Assembly (NCBI GenBank): GCA_963675295.2
Contig: CAXXKJ010000002.1
Location: forward strand, 128,001-192,000
Source of the DNA: a bacterium
GTDB lineage: Bacteria; Electryoneota; Electryoneia; Electryoneales; Electryoneaceae
DNA length: 64,000 bases
Direction: 5' to 3'
A program made the position numbers and the translations under genes. The notes below the pieces were generated by a model. That model was not told the origin of the DNA, made no database searches, and worked only from the letters and a program-made list of their open reading frames with translations. Positions 49,491 to 59,860 of the stretch are shown piece after piece; positions within the stretch are counted from its first letter, which is position 1, and each line of letters begins with the position of its first letter.

Positions 49491-52400
49491 TTATTTCACC
49501 ACCACGACTTTCCTGACTGTCGGCGCAAACCCATCGGCTTGCACACGCAGTAGAAAAACTCCGCTCGCCAGCCCGGGCGCGGGTGTCCAGGTGACACGTC
49601 GCGATCCGGCGTTCTGCATCCAGACGCGCTGGTCCACCTGCCGTCCGAGGATGTCGTAGACCGTGAGCGACACTTCGCCGGAGTGAGGCACGGTCACCGT
49701 CAGCACCGTCGCGGCGTTGCACGGATTCGGCGAGGGCGCGGTGACATCAAACATGGCCGGTTGTCCGACGCCGGGGTCGTCCGCAGCGACGGACGTCACC
49801 CGCAGCGTGAATGGAATCTCCAGCGGCTGCCCGCCGAGCGGAAAGAACAGGTAGATGGTGGCCTCGTAGTCGTCGGCGTCAAGTTCGTCGGACTCGGCGT
49901 GCACCGCGACCGATTCCGTCGAATTCGCCGTCATGTAGCCGAATTGCGGGTCGAAGGTCAGGTAGGGCACCGTCCAACGGATGCGGTGCAACTGCACCCG
50001 GTAGCCTGCCACATCCTCGCGCATCGTTGCGAAATAGCGGAAGTCCACCCCCTGTTGCAGCCCGGTGAACACCGCCGCGCCCGAGGTTGCGAGCGGTTCG
50101 TTGGGGTACAGCTCGTGCGTGTCATCGCTTAAAGCGCCCGTATCCGGGTGCACGAACCGGACCTGCGGAGCATTCTGGCCGTCGTTGACCAGCAGCACCA
50201 GCGATGTGCGGTCTTCGCGGCCCGCGTCCCACGCCAGCCCGCTTACCGGCAGTCCGCTGGCGAAGGGTCCATAAGTTTGCCCGAAGTTCAGGTCCCACGC
50301 ACGGATATCCCCGTCTTCCGTCGCGCACCAGAACCAATCGCTGTCGGTCTGTTTCGTGATCCAGCGATAATCCGCGCCAACGTCGGAAATGCTGCCCACC
50401 ACCTGCCCGCCGGTGGTGAACAGGGTAATCTGTCCGTTGTCGATGGACGCCAGGTTCGTTCCGTCGTTGGTCAGGCCGTACAGTGGTTGTGGGCCGCTTC
50501 GTGGCTGAGCGTATCCACCGATCTGGAATCCGTTGTCGTCGAACACGTACACCCAGTGGTCGTCCGGCTGGTTGTCCCAGAGGACATAGAACCGGCCGTC
50601 GAGGAAGGTCAGGCCACGTACCTCGCCGCCGTCCGGCAAGGGCGGATCGACGAAGTTGTGCAGCTCGTACGGCGTCACCGGACTCACCCCTTCCGGTTCC
50701 GCCCGGATCAGATAGTTCAGCGCACCGTCGAACGAGCTGATGGTGAAATTGCTGTCCGCATTCGCCCCGATGTAGGTAAACAGGTTCAGCGAATCGATCG
50801 CGACAGACGCGACATACGGCGACAGCGCCGCGTCCAGCGTGGTGACCGTTTCCCATTCGATCAACGCATTCGTTTCCTCGCCACGGTAGCCTGTCGCTGA
50901 GATGGTCACCGGCCACTCGCCAATCGGGATGCCGGGGATTTCGTACTCTCCGGACGCATTGCTTTCGCCGGAGTAAAACTCGCCGGCGTCCACTTCGACC
51001 GTCGCGTTTGGAATCGGATCGCCCGACAGGTCGTCGGTGATTGTGCCGGCCAGCGTGCCGGTTTCGACGAGGAAGCCCTTCACCGCAAACGCGTGATAGA
51101 CTATCGAACGGTATTGCCCGCCATAGAGGTCGTCCTCGGCCTGCAACATCCCCTGCGCGGCGGTTTCCGGGTCGATGCCCGGCGTCAGGTAGTACATCGA
51201 TTGTGCGACGATGTCGTCCGCGACGTCCGGCTCCAGCTGGCCACGCATGATCCACAGCGAATTTGCCCAGATCGTGCCGTTGTCGTAGAGATTGTCCGCC
51301 CAATCGTCCGGATAGGTGCGGGAGGTGGTCATCACGCGTCCGTCCCAGAACGAGTTGTGCCCGTCCCAGTTGTACACCCAGTTGTCGCGGAAATCGCTGG
51401 TCCGAGCGGACAGGGTAGCTGCCCAGTAATCGCACAGGCCTTCCGCGATCGAACGCACATCAACGCCCCAGAGGTCGCCGCCAACCGCGTCATGGTGCAA
51501 CGCGTGGCCGTATTCGTGACGGAGAACATCCGCGTCTTCCGCGTCATCCACCCCGCCCTCGCCGAAGCCGAGCCGGTTGAACTCCGGCGAATAGTAAGAC
51601 AGATCCTGCCCGTTCGCGGCGTGCGCATCCACCGGGATCGGGGCGTCTTGCAGGTTGGTGAAGCCGAGTCCGCGCAGATGCCGCTGCATCCCGTCGATGT
51701 GGGCGTACGCACAGACATCCTCGAACCCGGACTGGCTGCGGGTGAAGGTGAAACCGTTCAATGTCGCGGAGGATACCGGAGTGACAGTCGGCGGTTCGAA
51801 GTCGACGATCTCGACGTACGGCCCTTCCAGCCAATACACGTTGTCGTGGAAGCTGATGTCGCGCAACAGGGTGGGCACTCGTTCGGCGGTCAATTCTGGC
51901 GTGTCGGCATCGTTGTTGTCGGTGAAGCCGGGGTCGTCGTAAGTCGCTTCCGCGGTGGTCAATGGGTCCGGATCGAACACCAGCCCCTCGCCGTGCTCGA
52001 ACGCCATCCGGTTGTCGAGGGCGAGGACGCTGCCGTCAAACGCATCGACCACCACTTCCCAGTCGCCCAACGGGTCAAGGCTGGAATGATGCACCACCCA
52101 GGCCGGTCTGGTGGCTGAGTTGACCGGATCGACGTACAGCATCAACTCCGCGCGGGGTTGGGCCCGGCGGGACAGTCCGCCGATGGTTGTGGCTGCGATG
52201 CGGCGGGCCTCGTTGACGGACAGGGTGGCGTCGACACGCGGCCTGTGATCCACCGGCCGGACCGAGCTGCTCGTGGCGGTGATCAGGCCGTCCCGGTTGA
52301 GATGGACCCGCACTTCACCGCGGTAAACGGGGATATTGTCAACGACTTGCCGGAAGGTGACGTGCGTCCCACCCCGGCTCTCACGGATGGCGTCCAACTC

Positions 52401-52655
52401 AAGCGCCGCGACCACATCCCGCCCGCCAAACCGGTCGGCGTTCCGGGTCAGGTAACTGCGCGCGGCGGATTCCGGAGAACGCACGGACACGCGTTCGTTA
52501 ATGCCGAACCACGCTCGGGTGCTGGGTTGCGCGGCAGACGGGGCTTGCAGCGCCAGCAGGTCGGACGGTTGCGTCGCGAGCTGCGGGTTCGCCGCTGAGG
52601 CTGTCCCGGCGAACAGAACGACGCCGAAAAGCAGGCTGATCGGGATGAATTTCAT
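49491..52655 (-). CDS. Secreted M36/M4-type zinc metalloprotease (FTP/PepSY prodomain, carboxypeptidase-regulatory-like domain, T9SS CTD)
   Basis: HVTFRQ...IPV, VDAFDG, GEGGVDDAEDADVLRHEYGH, IAEGLCDY, GTITD..G.PI..ATV, PNPCN CTD. Confidence 0.87.
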   Translation of the reverse strand: MKFIPISLLFGVVLFAGTASAANPQLATQPSDLLALQAPSAAQPSTRAWFGINERVSVRSPESAARSYLTRNADRFGGRDVVAALELDAIRESRGGTHVTFRQVVDNIPVYRGEVRVHLNRDGLITATSSSVRPVDHRPRVDATLSVNEARRIAATTIGGLSRRAQPRAELMLYVDPVNSATRPAWVVHHSSLDPLGDWEVVVDAFDGSVLALDNRMAFEHGEGLVFDPDPLTTAEATYDDPGFTDNNDADTPELTAERVPTLLRDISFHDNVYWLEGPYVEIVDFEPPTVTPVSSATLNGFTFTRSQSGFEDVCAYAHIDGMQRHLRGLGFTNLQDAPIPVDAHAANGQDLSYYSPEFNRLGFGEGGVDDAEDADVLRHEYGHALHHDAVGGDLWGVDVRSIAEGLCDYWAATLSARTSDFRDNWVYNWDGHNSFWDGRVMTTSRTYPDDWADNLYDNGTIWANSLWIMRGQLEPDVADDIVAQSMYYLTPGIDPETAAQGMLQAEDDLYGGQYRSIVYHAFAVKGFLVETGTLAGTITDDLSGDPIPNATVEVDAGEFYSGESNASGEYEIPGIPIGEWPVTISATGYRGEETNALIEWETVTTLDAALSPYVASVAIDSLNLFTYIGANADSNFTISSFDGALNYLIRAEPEGVSPVTPYELHNFVDPPLPDGGEVRGLTFLDGRFYVLWDNQPDDHWVYVFDDNGFQIGGYAQPRSGPQPLYGLTNDGTNLASIDNGQITLFTTGGQVVGSISDVGADYRWITKQTDSDWFWCATEDGDIRAWDLNFGQTYGPFASGLPVSGLAWDAGREDRTSLVLLVNDGQNAPQVRFVHPDTGALSDDTHELYPNEPLATSGAAVFTGLQQGVDFRYFATMREDVAGYRVQLHRIRWTVPYLTFDPQFGYMTANSTESVAVHAESDELDADDYEATIYLFFPLGGQPLEIPFTLRVTSVAADDPGVGQPAMFDVTAPSPNPCNAATVLTVTVPHSGEVSLTVYDILGRQVDQRVWMQNAGSRRVTWTPAPGLASGVFLLRVQADGFAPTVRKVVVVK

Positions 52656-52793
52656 GCTGGGTTTCCTGTCCGCTGCATACTGTAACTTAGCACACACACG
52701 GCCAGATCGCGAGGTTTGATTGCGTTTTTCGCAGGGTGGCATGGGTCATGATACAACCGATGGCCCGGGTTTCATCGTCTCAGCCGACGTGGA

Positions 52794-53417
52794 TCAGAAA
52801 ATCTTTGCCCACTCGACGTACCCGTTCTCGTCCTTCGCCATTTCCTTCCAACCGAGGCCGCTGAGGATTTTGTTCACCGGCGCGTTGGTCTCGTGCACCG
52901 TGCCACGGATCGCCTTGTATTTGCCGGAGTTTTCGGTGGTTGTGCTGAACGCGGTGTAGATCTTCTTGCCGACACGTTTCCCACGCGCCTTGTCCGACAC
53001 ACCCGCGCCAACGTAGGACATCGTCGGGGCCGGGTAGTGAATATCTGGCGCGCTGGCGGGCTTTTTGTACAACCCCAGCGCGACCTTGATCCGCACCGTG
53101 ACGTTGTGCAGCACGTCCTTGTTCGCCCAGAGCCACGGACGTGGCAGCAGCGACCAGAACACGGTCCAGAACATGGCGCGATTCATCTGCTTCTGGTAGC
53201 CGAGCACCGCACCGACGCCGAACCCGAGCACGTCCTTGCCTTCCACCGCCGCAAACGCCAGCCCGTTGTCATAGTTCATGAACCAGCGCAGGAATTGACG
53301 CGCGTACGCCCGCCCCATTTTCCCTGACGGACGGTCATGAAACGCCTGCAGGTACACATCGACCAACCCCTCGATGTGTTCTTCCCGCATCGGCACGACG
53401 GTCACTTCTTCCGGCAT
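52794..53417 (-). CDS. GNAT-family N-acetyltransferase
   Basis: GVSDKARGKRVG motif A; V..TN..V...L..LGW motif B. Confidence 0.8.
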   Translation of the reverse strand: MPEEVTVVPMREEHIEGLVDVYLQAFHDRPSGKMGRAYARQFLRWFMNYDNGLAFAAVEGKDVLGFGVGAVLGYQKQMNRAMFWTVFWSLLPRPWLWANKDVLHNVTVRIKVALGLYKKPASAPDIHYPAPTMSYVGAGVSDKARGKRVGKKIYTAFSTTTENSGKYKAIRGTVHETNAPVNKILSGLGWKEMAKDENGYVEWAKIF

Positions 53418-53588
53418 ATCGTTCTCTTTCGTCTTGCCCGTGTTGGCTTCGACAACGCGGTTTCCGCACAAGGTGTTCACCCTCGCCCGCTCGCAACGAA
53501 AAATGCCACGGACAGATGCCCGTGGCAACAGGAACAATCGGAAACATGCTTCACTGCGGTCATGCGAACAGCGAACCCGTGTTCGTCG

Positions 53589-54710
53589 TTACCCCATCAA
53601 CTTGTCCGGGTTCAGTCCTTCGAACGCCGGGTGGACAAACAGGCCGTCCTTGCGGATCAGTTCGCCGTCGATGTGGATTTCGCCGCCGCCGTATTCCGGG
53701 GTCTGGATCTGGACCAGGTCCCAGTGGACCGCGGAACGGTTGCCGTTGTCGGTGTCATCGTACGCGTTGCCCGGCGTGAAGTGGAACGAGCCCATGATCT
53801 TTTCGTCGAACAGGATTTCGTCCATTGCGAACGTGATCGCCGGGTTGCAGCCGAGCGCGAATTCGCCGATGTAGCGCGCGCCTTCGTCCGTGTCGAAGAT
53901 CTCGTTGACCCGCTTGGTATCGTTCGCAGTCGCCTTGATGATCTTCCCGTTTTCGAAGGTCAGCTCGACGTCCTTGAACGTGAAGCCGTGGTAGCTGGAC
54001 GGCGTGTTGTAGCGGATGGTTCCGTTCACGCTGTCCCGCACCGGGCACGAATAGACTTCACCGTCCGGGATGTTGCGCAGGCCGTCGCACTTGACCGCGC
54101 CGATGCCCTTGATCGAGAATTTGAGGTCGGTGCCGGGGCCGGTGATGTGGACCTGGTCAGCGTTCCGCAGGAACTCCGCCGCCGGATCCATCGCCGCCGA
54201 CATCTTTTTGTAGTCCACGCTCGCGGTGACGTTGAAGTAGTATTCCTCGAACGCTTCGGTGCTCATGTTCGCCATCATCGCCATCGCCGGCGTCGGGTAA
54301 CGCAGCACGACCCACTTGGTGTTCGGGACACGCTCGTTCGCGTGCACCGGCTGGAACACTTCGGTGCCCCACAGCGCGTTCTTGTCGCCCGGCAGGTCGC
54401 TCAGTTCCTTCGTATTGGTCACGCCACGCACACCGATGAAGGCGTCCATGTTCTTCATCCGGTGCAGTTCGCTGTCCTGGATCGCGGCGAGGGATTCCTT
54501 CGACGCGCCCATCAGGATCGAACGCAGCAGCTTGTTGTGCTTCAGCTCGAGCAGCGGGTAGCCTTTGGCGCGGTAGACCGCCTTGACGATGGCATCGATG
54601 AATTCAATCGGGGTGTCGTAGCACTCGATGAGCACTTTTTCGCCGGGCTGAACATCGCAGGAATAGGTGACGAGCAGGTCGGCAAGCTTGTCATGACGCG
54701 CGTCGTGCAT
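53589..54710 (-). CDS. Aminopeptidase, M29 (AmpS/AmpT) family
   Basis: NIPDGEVY, GARYIGEFALG, ILFDEKIMGSFHFTPG, NRSAVHWD. Confidence 0.93.
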   Translation of the reverse strand: MHDARHDKLADLLVTYSCDVQPGEKVLIECYDTPIEFIDAIVKAVYRAKGYPLLELKHNKLLRSILMGASKESLAAIQDSELHRMKNMDAFIGVRGVTNTKELSDLPGDKNALWGTEVFQPVHANERVPNTKWVVLRYPTPAMAMMANMSTEAFEEYYFNVTASVDYKKMSAAMDPAAEFLRNADQVHITGPGTDLKFSIKGIGAVKCDGLRNIPDGEVYSCPVRDSVNGTIRYNTPSSYHGFTFKDVELTFENGKIIKATANDTKRVNEIFDTDEGARYIGEFALGCNPAITFAMDEILFDEKIMGSFHFTPGNAYDDTDNGNRSAVHWDLVQIQTPEYGGGEIHIDGELIRKDGLFVHPAFEGLNPDKLMG

Positions 54711-54958
54711 GATCCTTCCTTCCGTGGGTATGGTTCGTTGTGATGTGGGAGTTTCGGAACGTACGTGCGGCGAACGAAAAAGGCAAACCGGGACTCACTC
54801 TGAGCCCGGCGGTTCGCGGATTTGTCACCATACCGGCCGTCACCCGTTCACCTCCAGATCACACGTCCCGGTCTCCGGAGAGTCGTGTGTCTCCGCTCAC
54901 CCTGCTGTATGTTTGGTACTCCTAACATACGGAACACGTTTTTTAATCCGGAGATAGC

Positions 54959-56035
54959 ATGCGGTATTTGACCTTGAGACGGTTCACTTTGCCTGTGGCG
55001 GCCCTGCTGCTGGCAGGTTTGATGGGTTGCAGTGACGATTCCTCGACCAATCCCGACGACGTTCAAGCTGATTTTGACCTTTCGGTCAGCCAATTAACCT
55101 TCCCTGACGGTCTGTCTGACGCGTTCTTCACCATCCAGAGCGTATCCGGCGACACGCTCGCGTGGTCGATCACCGAATTTGAGTCGTGGCTGATGGTCTC
55201 GCCGACCCAAGGCAGCGCCTCCGCTGAGCCGGATACCGTGTTCGTGACGGTCGACCGTGGCGGCCTCACGCCCGGCGAGTACGATAGCAGCATCAAGGTG
55301 GCCAGCGAAAATGGCGGCGATCAAAGCATCGCGGTGCAATTGCAGGTTCCGATCGCGCCCATCCTGTTTGTTGATCCGCAGGCCATTGATATCGCGGTGA
55401 ACTACAACGGCGCGTTGCTCACGATCCAGAACACCGGCGGTGACTCGCTGCACTGGTTCCTGACGAACCGTCAGCCATGGTTGATCACAAGTCCTTTCAT
55501 GGGGACGTCAACTGGCGAAATCGACAGCGTGGTCCTGGGCGTCGATCGTGGCGTCATGCATTCCGGGTTGTACGCCGACACGGTCTTTGTCAACACCTCG
55601 GACGGGCACAAGGACACGATTCGTGTCACCATGGAAGTGCCGCGGGAATTGGCGTCACGGATAGTCTACTGGACCAACGAGGTGGTCGAGGAAGACCATT
55701 ACCGGTACAGCAACGGCCAGAGCAACCCGCGTGACACCAGACCGCAGGCTCACCTCGAACTGACAGACTGGCCCGGCGATTACGGTCTCGAGATCTTCGT
55801 GATGAACTCCTACAATTTCGACCGCTACCAGGACCGGGAATCATTTGACGTCTACTGGCACCAGTCTGTGTATTCCGAGGGGACGTACAACTTCACCGGT
55901 AGCACCGTCATCCCGCACGGCACCATCGTCTATGTGGTCGTGGACAACACCGATTATGGCTGGGACGATACCGACTTCGATTTCTCCAACGACAAGGCGT
56001 ATTTCAACCTCAGTGTTGATCTGCAACCGGAATGA
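54959..56035 (+). CDS. Lipoprotein with two BACON-like Ig domains
   Basis: Lipobox LMGC; repeated L.W....WL..SP..G...V.VDR..G.Y. Confidence 0.78.
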   Translation: MRYLTLRRFTLPVAALLLAGLMGCSDDSSTNPDDVQADFDLSVSQLTFPDGLSDAFFTIQSVSGDTLAWSITEFESWLMVSPTQGSASAEPDTVFVTVDRGGLTPGEYDSSIKVASENGGDQSIAVQLQVPIAPILFVDPQAIDIAVNYNGALLTIQNTGGDSLHWFLTNRQPWLITSPFMGTSTGEIDSVVLGVDRGVMHSGLYADTVFVNTSDGHKDTIRVTMEVPRELASRIVYWTNEVVEEDHYRYSNGQSNPRDTRPQAHLELTDWPGDYGLEIFVMNSYNFDRYQDRESFDVYWHQSVYSEGTYNFTGSTVIPHGTIVYVVVDNTDYGWDDTDFDFSNDKAYFNLSVDLQPE

Positions 56036-56325
56036 CAGCGCTGGCGAAACAACGGTTTTTGAGGTACTGAAACGCATCCAAACCCCGGTCCGTGAGCTCG
56101 GGGTTTGGTCATTTGGTGGGAAGCTGAGAGACATGGCGAGGGGAATGTCGTGGGATCGTGCGAGTCTGGTGCCTTTCTTCGGCTCAGTAAAAATTGAGGA
56201 TTATCCACGAGCGCGCAGCTTTTGGGTTCTTGGTTTTATACATTACAAGGCTTAGCCCCCCTCGGGCAAAATTGATGAATCAACAGGCGCGCCAGTTCCA
56301 GCCGGCGTGACAATCGGGAGGCGTG

Positions 56326-57882
56326 ATGAAGCGGATGGTAGCGGTTGTTCTGTTCTGTGCGGCGTTTGCGGGGTTGCTGCCGGCACAGGCGCAAGTCAGC
56401 ATCAACCAGGGCAATGTGCCGATGACCCCTGGCGATACGTTTGAATACCTGTCAGAAAGCGATGTGACCGTCGACCTCGGCAATCCGGGTGCGAACCAGG
56501 TGTGGGATTTCACCCAGACCACCGCGCCGTCGGTGCAGACCGAGGAGATCGTCAACCCGGCGGACTCGCCATACTACACCATGTTTCCGGATGCCAACCG
56601 TGTCACGTTCGGCCCGATCCCGTTCGGCCTGTCAGACGGCACCGCGTGGCGCTACGACACCGTTTCGGCGGACCAGTGGACGGTGACCGGTGTCGCGACC
56701 TACATCCAGGAGCTGGGCGGCGAATTGCCGTTGCCGTTGAACATCCCGCTGATGCCGTTGCCGCTGAATTACGGTGACGACTGGTCGCTTGACTTCTACT
56801 ATGAGATCACACTTGACGTTGACGATATTCCGTACCCGATCCCGGTGTTCGAGGAAATCCGCATCGAGATCACCATCGGCGGCAGCAACGATTGCGATGG
56901 TTGGGGTACGGTCCTGGTGCCGGGTGGTGAGATCGACGCTTTGCGTGTCTATTCGCAGATTGGCGGCTACGCTGACGCCATCGGGATTTACTACCTCTTC
57001 GGCACCATCCCGATCGAAGTCCCGATCGGCCGTGTTTTCGAACTGCAAGCCTCCCAAGCCTATTCCTGGTATGCGCCGGACTATGGCGAAGTGGCGTTTG
57101 CCGTTTCACAGGCAGGCGAACCAGATCCGAACTTCACCGACGCCTCGGTCCTGCGTCGCATTAACCTCGGCGACACCCCAGCGACGTTGACGCTGGACGC
57201 CGAACCGTTGAACGCTCCGGTCGAAATCCCGGCTCAGGGTGGCACCTTCCACTGGAGCCTCGCGATCCAGTCGACGTACACCACCAACCTCACCGGCAAC
57301 ATCTGGACCACCGCGACGCTGCCGAATGGGAACGACTATTTCGTGCAGAACGTGCCGGTCAATTTGCCGCCGAACGCCGACATCTTTGTCCCGAACTTGA
57401 GCCAGGCGGTGCCAGGAATGGCCCCGGCGGGCATGTACTCCTTTAACGTCTACGGTGGCCTCTACCCGAATGTCGTGCTCGGTCAGGATTCGTTCGGCTT
57501 CAGTAAGCTCGCGACCGGCACTGATGCGACCTGGACACCGGACTGGTCGGCCAGCGGTCTCGAACAGTTGACGGATCGCGGTCTGGCATCCGAGGATACG
57601 TCCCCGGCGAGCCCGCGTGACTTTGCCCTCGGCGCGGCCTACCCGAACCCGTTCAACCCGACGACCACGCTCAGCCTGACGTTGCCGCAAGCCGCGCGGG
57701 TGGATGTTGTCGTCTTTGATGCGCTCGGCCGTCAGGTGGCAACTGTCGCGCAGGGTACCTACGCCGCCGGTCAGCATGACTTGACGGTGGACGGTCGCGG
57801 TCTGGCGAGCGGTGTCTACTTCGTGCACGCCTCCGTGCCGGGTCAGCTGAACCAGGTGCAGAAGATCGTGCTGATGAAGTAG
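56326..57882 (+). CDS. Secreted protein with pre-CTD module and T9SS CTD
   Basis: GGAGG RBS, signal peptide, GANQVWDF, DGWGTV..P, PNPFN...QKIVLMK. Confidence 0.85.
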   Translation: MKRMVAVVLFCAAFAGLLPAQAQVSINQGNVPMTPGDTFEYLSESDVTVDLGNPGANQVWDFTQTTAPSVQTEEIVNPADSPYYTMFPDANRVTFGPIPFGLSDGTAWRYDTVSADQWTVTGVATYIQELGGELPLPLNIPLMPLPLNYGDDWSLDFYYEITLDVDDIPYPIPVFEEIRIEITIGGSNDCDGWGTVLVPGGEIDALRVYSQIGGYADAIGIYYLFGTIPIEVPIGRVFELQASQAYSWYAPDYGEVAFAVSQAGEPDPNFTDASVLRRINLGDTPATLTLDAEPLNAPVEIPAQGGTFHWSLAIQSTYTTNLTGNIWTTATLPNGNDYFVQNVPVNLPPNADIFVPNLSQAVPGMAPAGMYSFNVYGGLYPNVVLGQDSFGFSKLATGTDATWTPDWSASGLEQLTDRGLASEDTSPASPRDFALGAAYPNPFNPTTTLSLTLPQAARVDVVVFDALGRQVATVAQGTYAAGQHDLTVDGRGLASGVYFVHASVPGQLNQVQKIVLMK

Positions 57883-58159
57883 TTCCACTGATCGTGCCCG
57901 TGTCAGCTTGCTGACGCGGACGCGGGTTAATCAGACGTTTCAACAAGTTCTCGGGGGTACGTGCTCCACACGTACCCCCGGGCATACAACGGTCAAACAT
58001 CCGTACGTACTTTGTTCTAAGAACGAACAAACAAGCCGTGATGAATTCGTTCACCGTCCCCGAAACAGGGTCTATCCCGTTTCCTCGAACCAAGCCGAAG
58101 TTGTTTACCGGCAAGACAAACGGCTGTTTCAATCGATTGTTTCGTTTTTGGTGAGTTTC

Positions 58160-59632
58160 ATGAACAGAACACTGCCCGCTTTGATCCTGCTCGCTGTGAT
58201 GCTTTTGATTCCGTTCACTTCCACTCAAGCTCAGAACTGGCATGTGGAGCTCGCGACGCCGTGGACCGCGTTGCAGCAGAACAATTCCGGCTGGACCGGC
58301 GCGGACGGCATCTGGTCGGTCCCGCTCAACGGCGACGAGCGTCCGGGCGCCTACCAGTACACGAACACCTTCGTGATTTACAGCGACACCATCATCGGCG
58401 AGGTCGACAGCTCCGGCATCCGTCAGTCGGAAGGCATTGCGAGAAACACGTTCTGCTTCCTGCCGCCGGGTCCGCCGAGCCTGGAGACTGCGACGTTCTA
58501 CTACGAACGCGACAACCAGAACAACCTGCGCGGCGTCTTCATGCCGACCACGCAGCACGCGCAGCCAGGGGAATACTACTGGCCGGGCGACGGCATCGCG
58601 CTCGGAAATTACTTGTACTTCACCGTCAACCGGATGTACGACGACAACAACTGGTTCTACCGCGCTGGCATCTCGATGTTGCGGATTCCGCTCGATACGC
58701 GGCCGCCATTCGACGATGACGTGCAGCAGGTGGAGGTGCCATTGTGGGCCCCGGCAACCGCCGACCGTGGCGAACTCAGCTTCACGTCCGGTTTCTTCCC
58801 GAACACCGTGCGTGCCGGTGCACCATTTCCCGATGGGTACATTTACGTGTACGGCCTCGAGGAAATCCCGTTCAACAAATATCTGCTGGTCGCGCGTGTG
58901 CCGGAGGATCAGTTCCTCAACATGCAGGCGTGGCGGTTCTGGGCCGGTCCGGATCAGGGCTGGGTTCCGGAGATGGAGGCGTCGGTGACGGTGACGGATC
59001 GCGTGTCCAGCGAGCTGAGCGTGTCGCCGTTGGCGGACGGCCGTTACATCCTTGTCTTCCAGCTCGATACGTTGGGCGATTACGTCGCCGTGCGCCTGGC
59101 ACCGACACCGGTTGGACCGTGGGGTGATTTCCACCAGATCTACTATTGTCCGCAAACCGATTCGTTGAACGGGGATGTCTACCCGTACAACGCCAAGGCG
59201 CACCCGCACCTCAGTGACGAAGGTGAGCTGTTGATCAGCTACAATGTCGGCGGTGGCAATTTCTTCCAGTACTTCACCTACGCCGACATCTACCGGCCAC
59301 GTTTCATCCGGCTGATCCTTGACGACGGCATCCTCAACAACCCGGGCGCGGAACGTGGGTCGGTGGTGACCTTGAATCCCGCGCCGCTGATCGCGCCGAA
59401 CCCGTTCAACGCGATGGCGACGGTCAACCTGACGTTGCCGCAGGCGTCGAACGTGTCCGTCGCGGTGTATGATGTGATGGGACGCCTGGTCGAGCAGTTG
59501 CACGACGGCTACCTGCCTGCGGGCGAACAGACGTTGTCGCTGGACGCCGGCCAGTTCGCATCAGGAACGTATTTTCTCCGCGTTGACGGCGCCGATGCCC
59601 TTCCACCGCGGAAATTCACTGTGGTGAAGTAG
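58160..59632 (+). CDS. DUF4185/DUF5005-like beta-propeller protein with T9SS CTD
   Basis: Signal peptide, GWTGADG, SDT, YYWPGDG, YNAKAHP, LLISYN, YRPRF, then PNPFN CTD. Confidence 0.8.
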   Translation: MNRTLPALILLAVMLLIPFTSTQAQNWHVELATPWTALQQNNSGWTGADGIWSVPLNGDERPGAYQYTNTFVIYSDTIIGEVDSSGIRQSEGIARNTFCFLPPGPPSLETATFYYERDNQNNLRGVFMPTTQHAQPGEYYWPGDGIALGNYLYFTVNRMYDDNNWFYRAGISMLRIPLDTRPPFDDDVQQVEVPLWAPATADRGELSFTSGFFPNTVRAGAPFPDGYIYVYGLEEIPFNKYLLVARVPEDQFLNMQAWRFWAGPDQGWVPEMEASVTVTDRVSSELSVSPLADGRYILVFQLDTLGDYVAVRLAPTPVGPWGDFHQIYYCPQTDSLNGDVYPYNAKAHPHLSDEGELLISYNVGGGNFFQYFTYADIYRPRFIRLILDDGILNNPGAERGSVVTLNPAPLIAPNPFNAMATVNLTLPQASNVSVAVYDVMGRLVEQLHDGYLPAGEQTLSLDAGQFASGTYFLRVDGADALPPRKFTVVK

Positions 59633-59726
59633 CAGAAGTGCCCGTGTCCGCTTGCGGACGCGGATCAACTGCGCGTCATCCTGAGAGTTGCGCTTGCCCG
59701 CCTCCGGCGAAAAGGATGGCGCATTT

Positions 59727-59800
59727 GTCAGTCGTCAGTCGTCAGTCATCAGTTGTCAGTGGTCTTTAGCTCACAGCTCATAGCTCACGGCTCACAGCTC
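59727..59800. repeat. Two adjacent degenerate heptamer tandem repeats (GTCAGTC)n and (AGCTCAC)n
   Basis: gtcagtcgtcagtcgtcagtcatcagttgtcagt and agctcacagctcatagctcacggctcacagctc. Confidence 0.8.
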
Positions 59801-59860
59801 GACCTGACCGTTTGCCCTGACGTGCTTGCACGCCGGGATCATCCATAGAGAGGACCAACG

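Noticed and set aside
10634-59503. Long antisense ORFs (10634-12325, 21119-22420, 28194-29633, 39593-40987, 53337-54743, 57671-59503)
   Set aside because: They overlap well-supported genes on the other strand and have no motifs, as expected in high-GC DNA.
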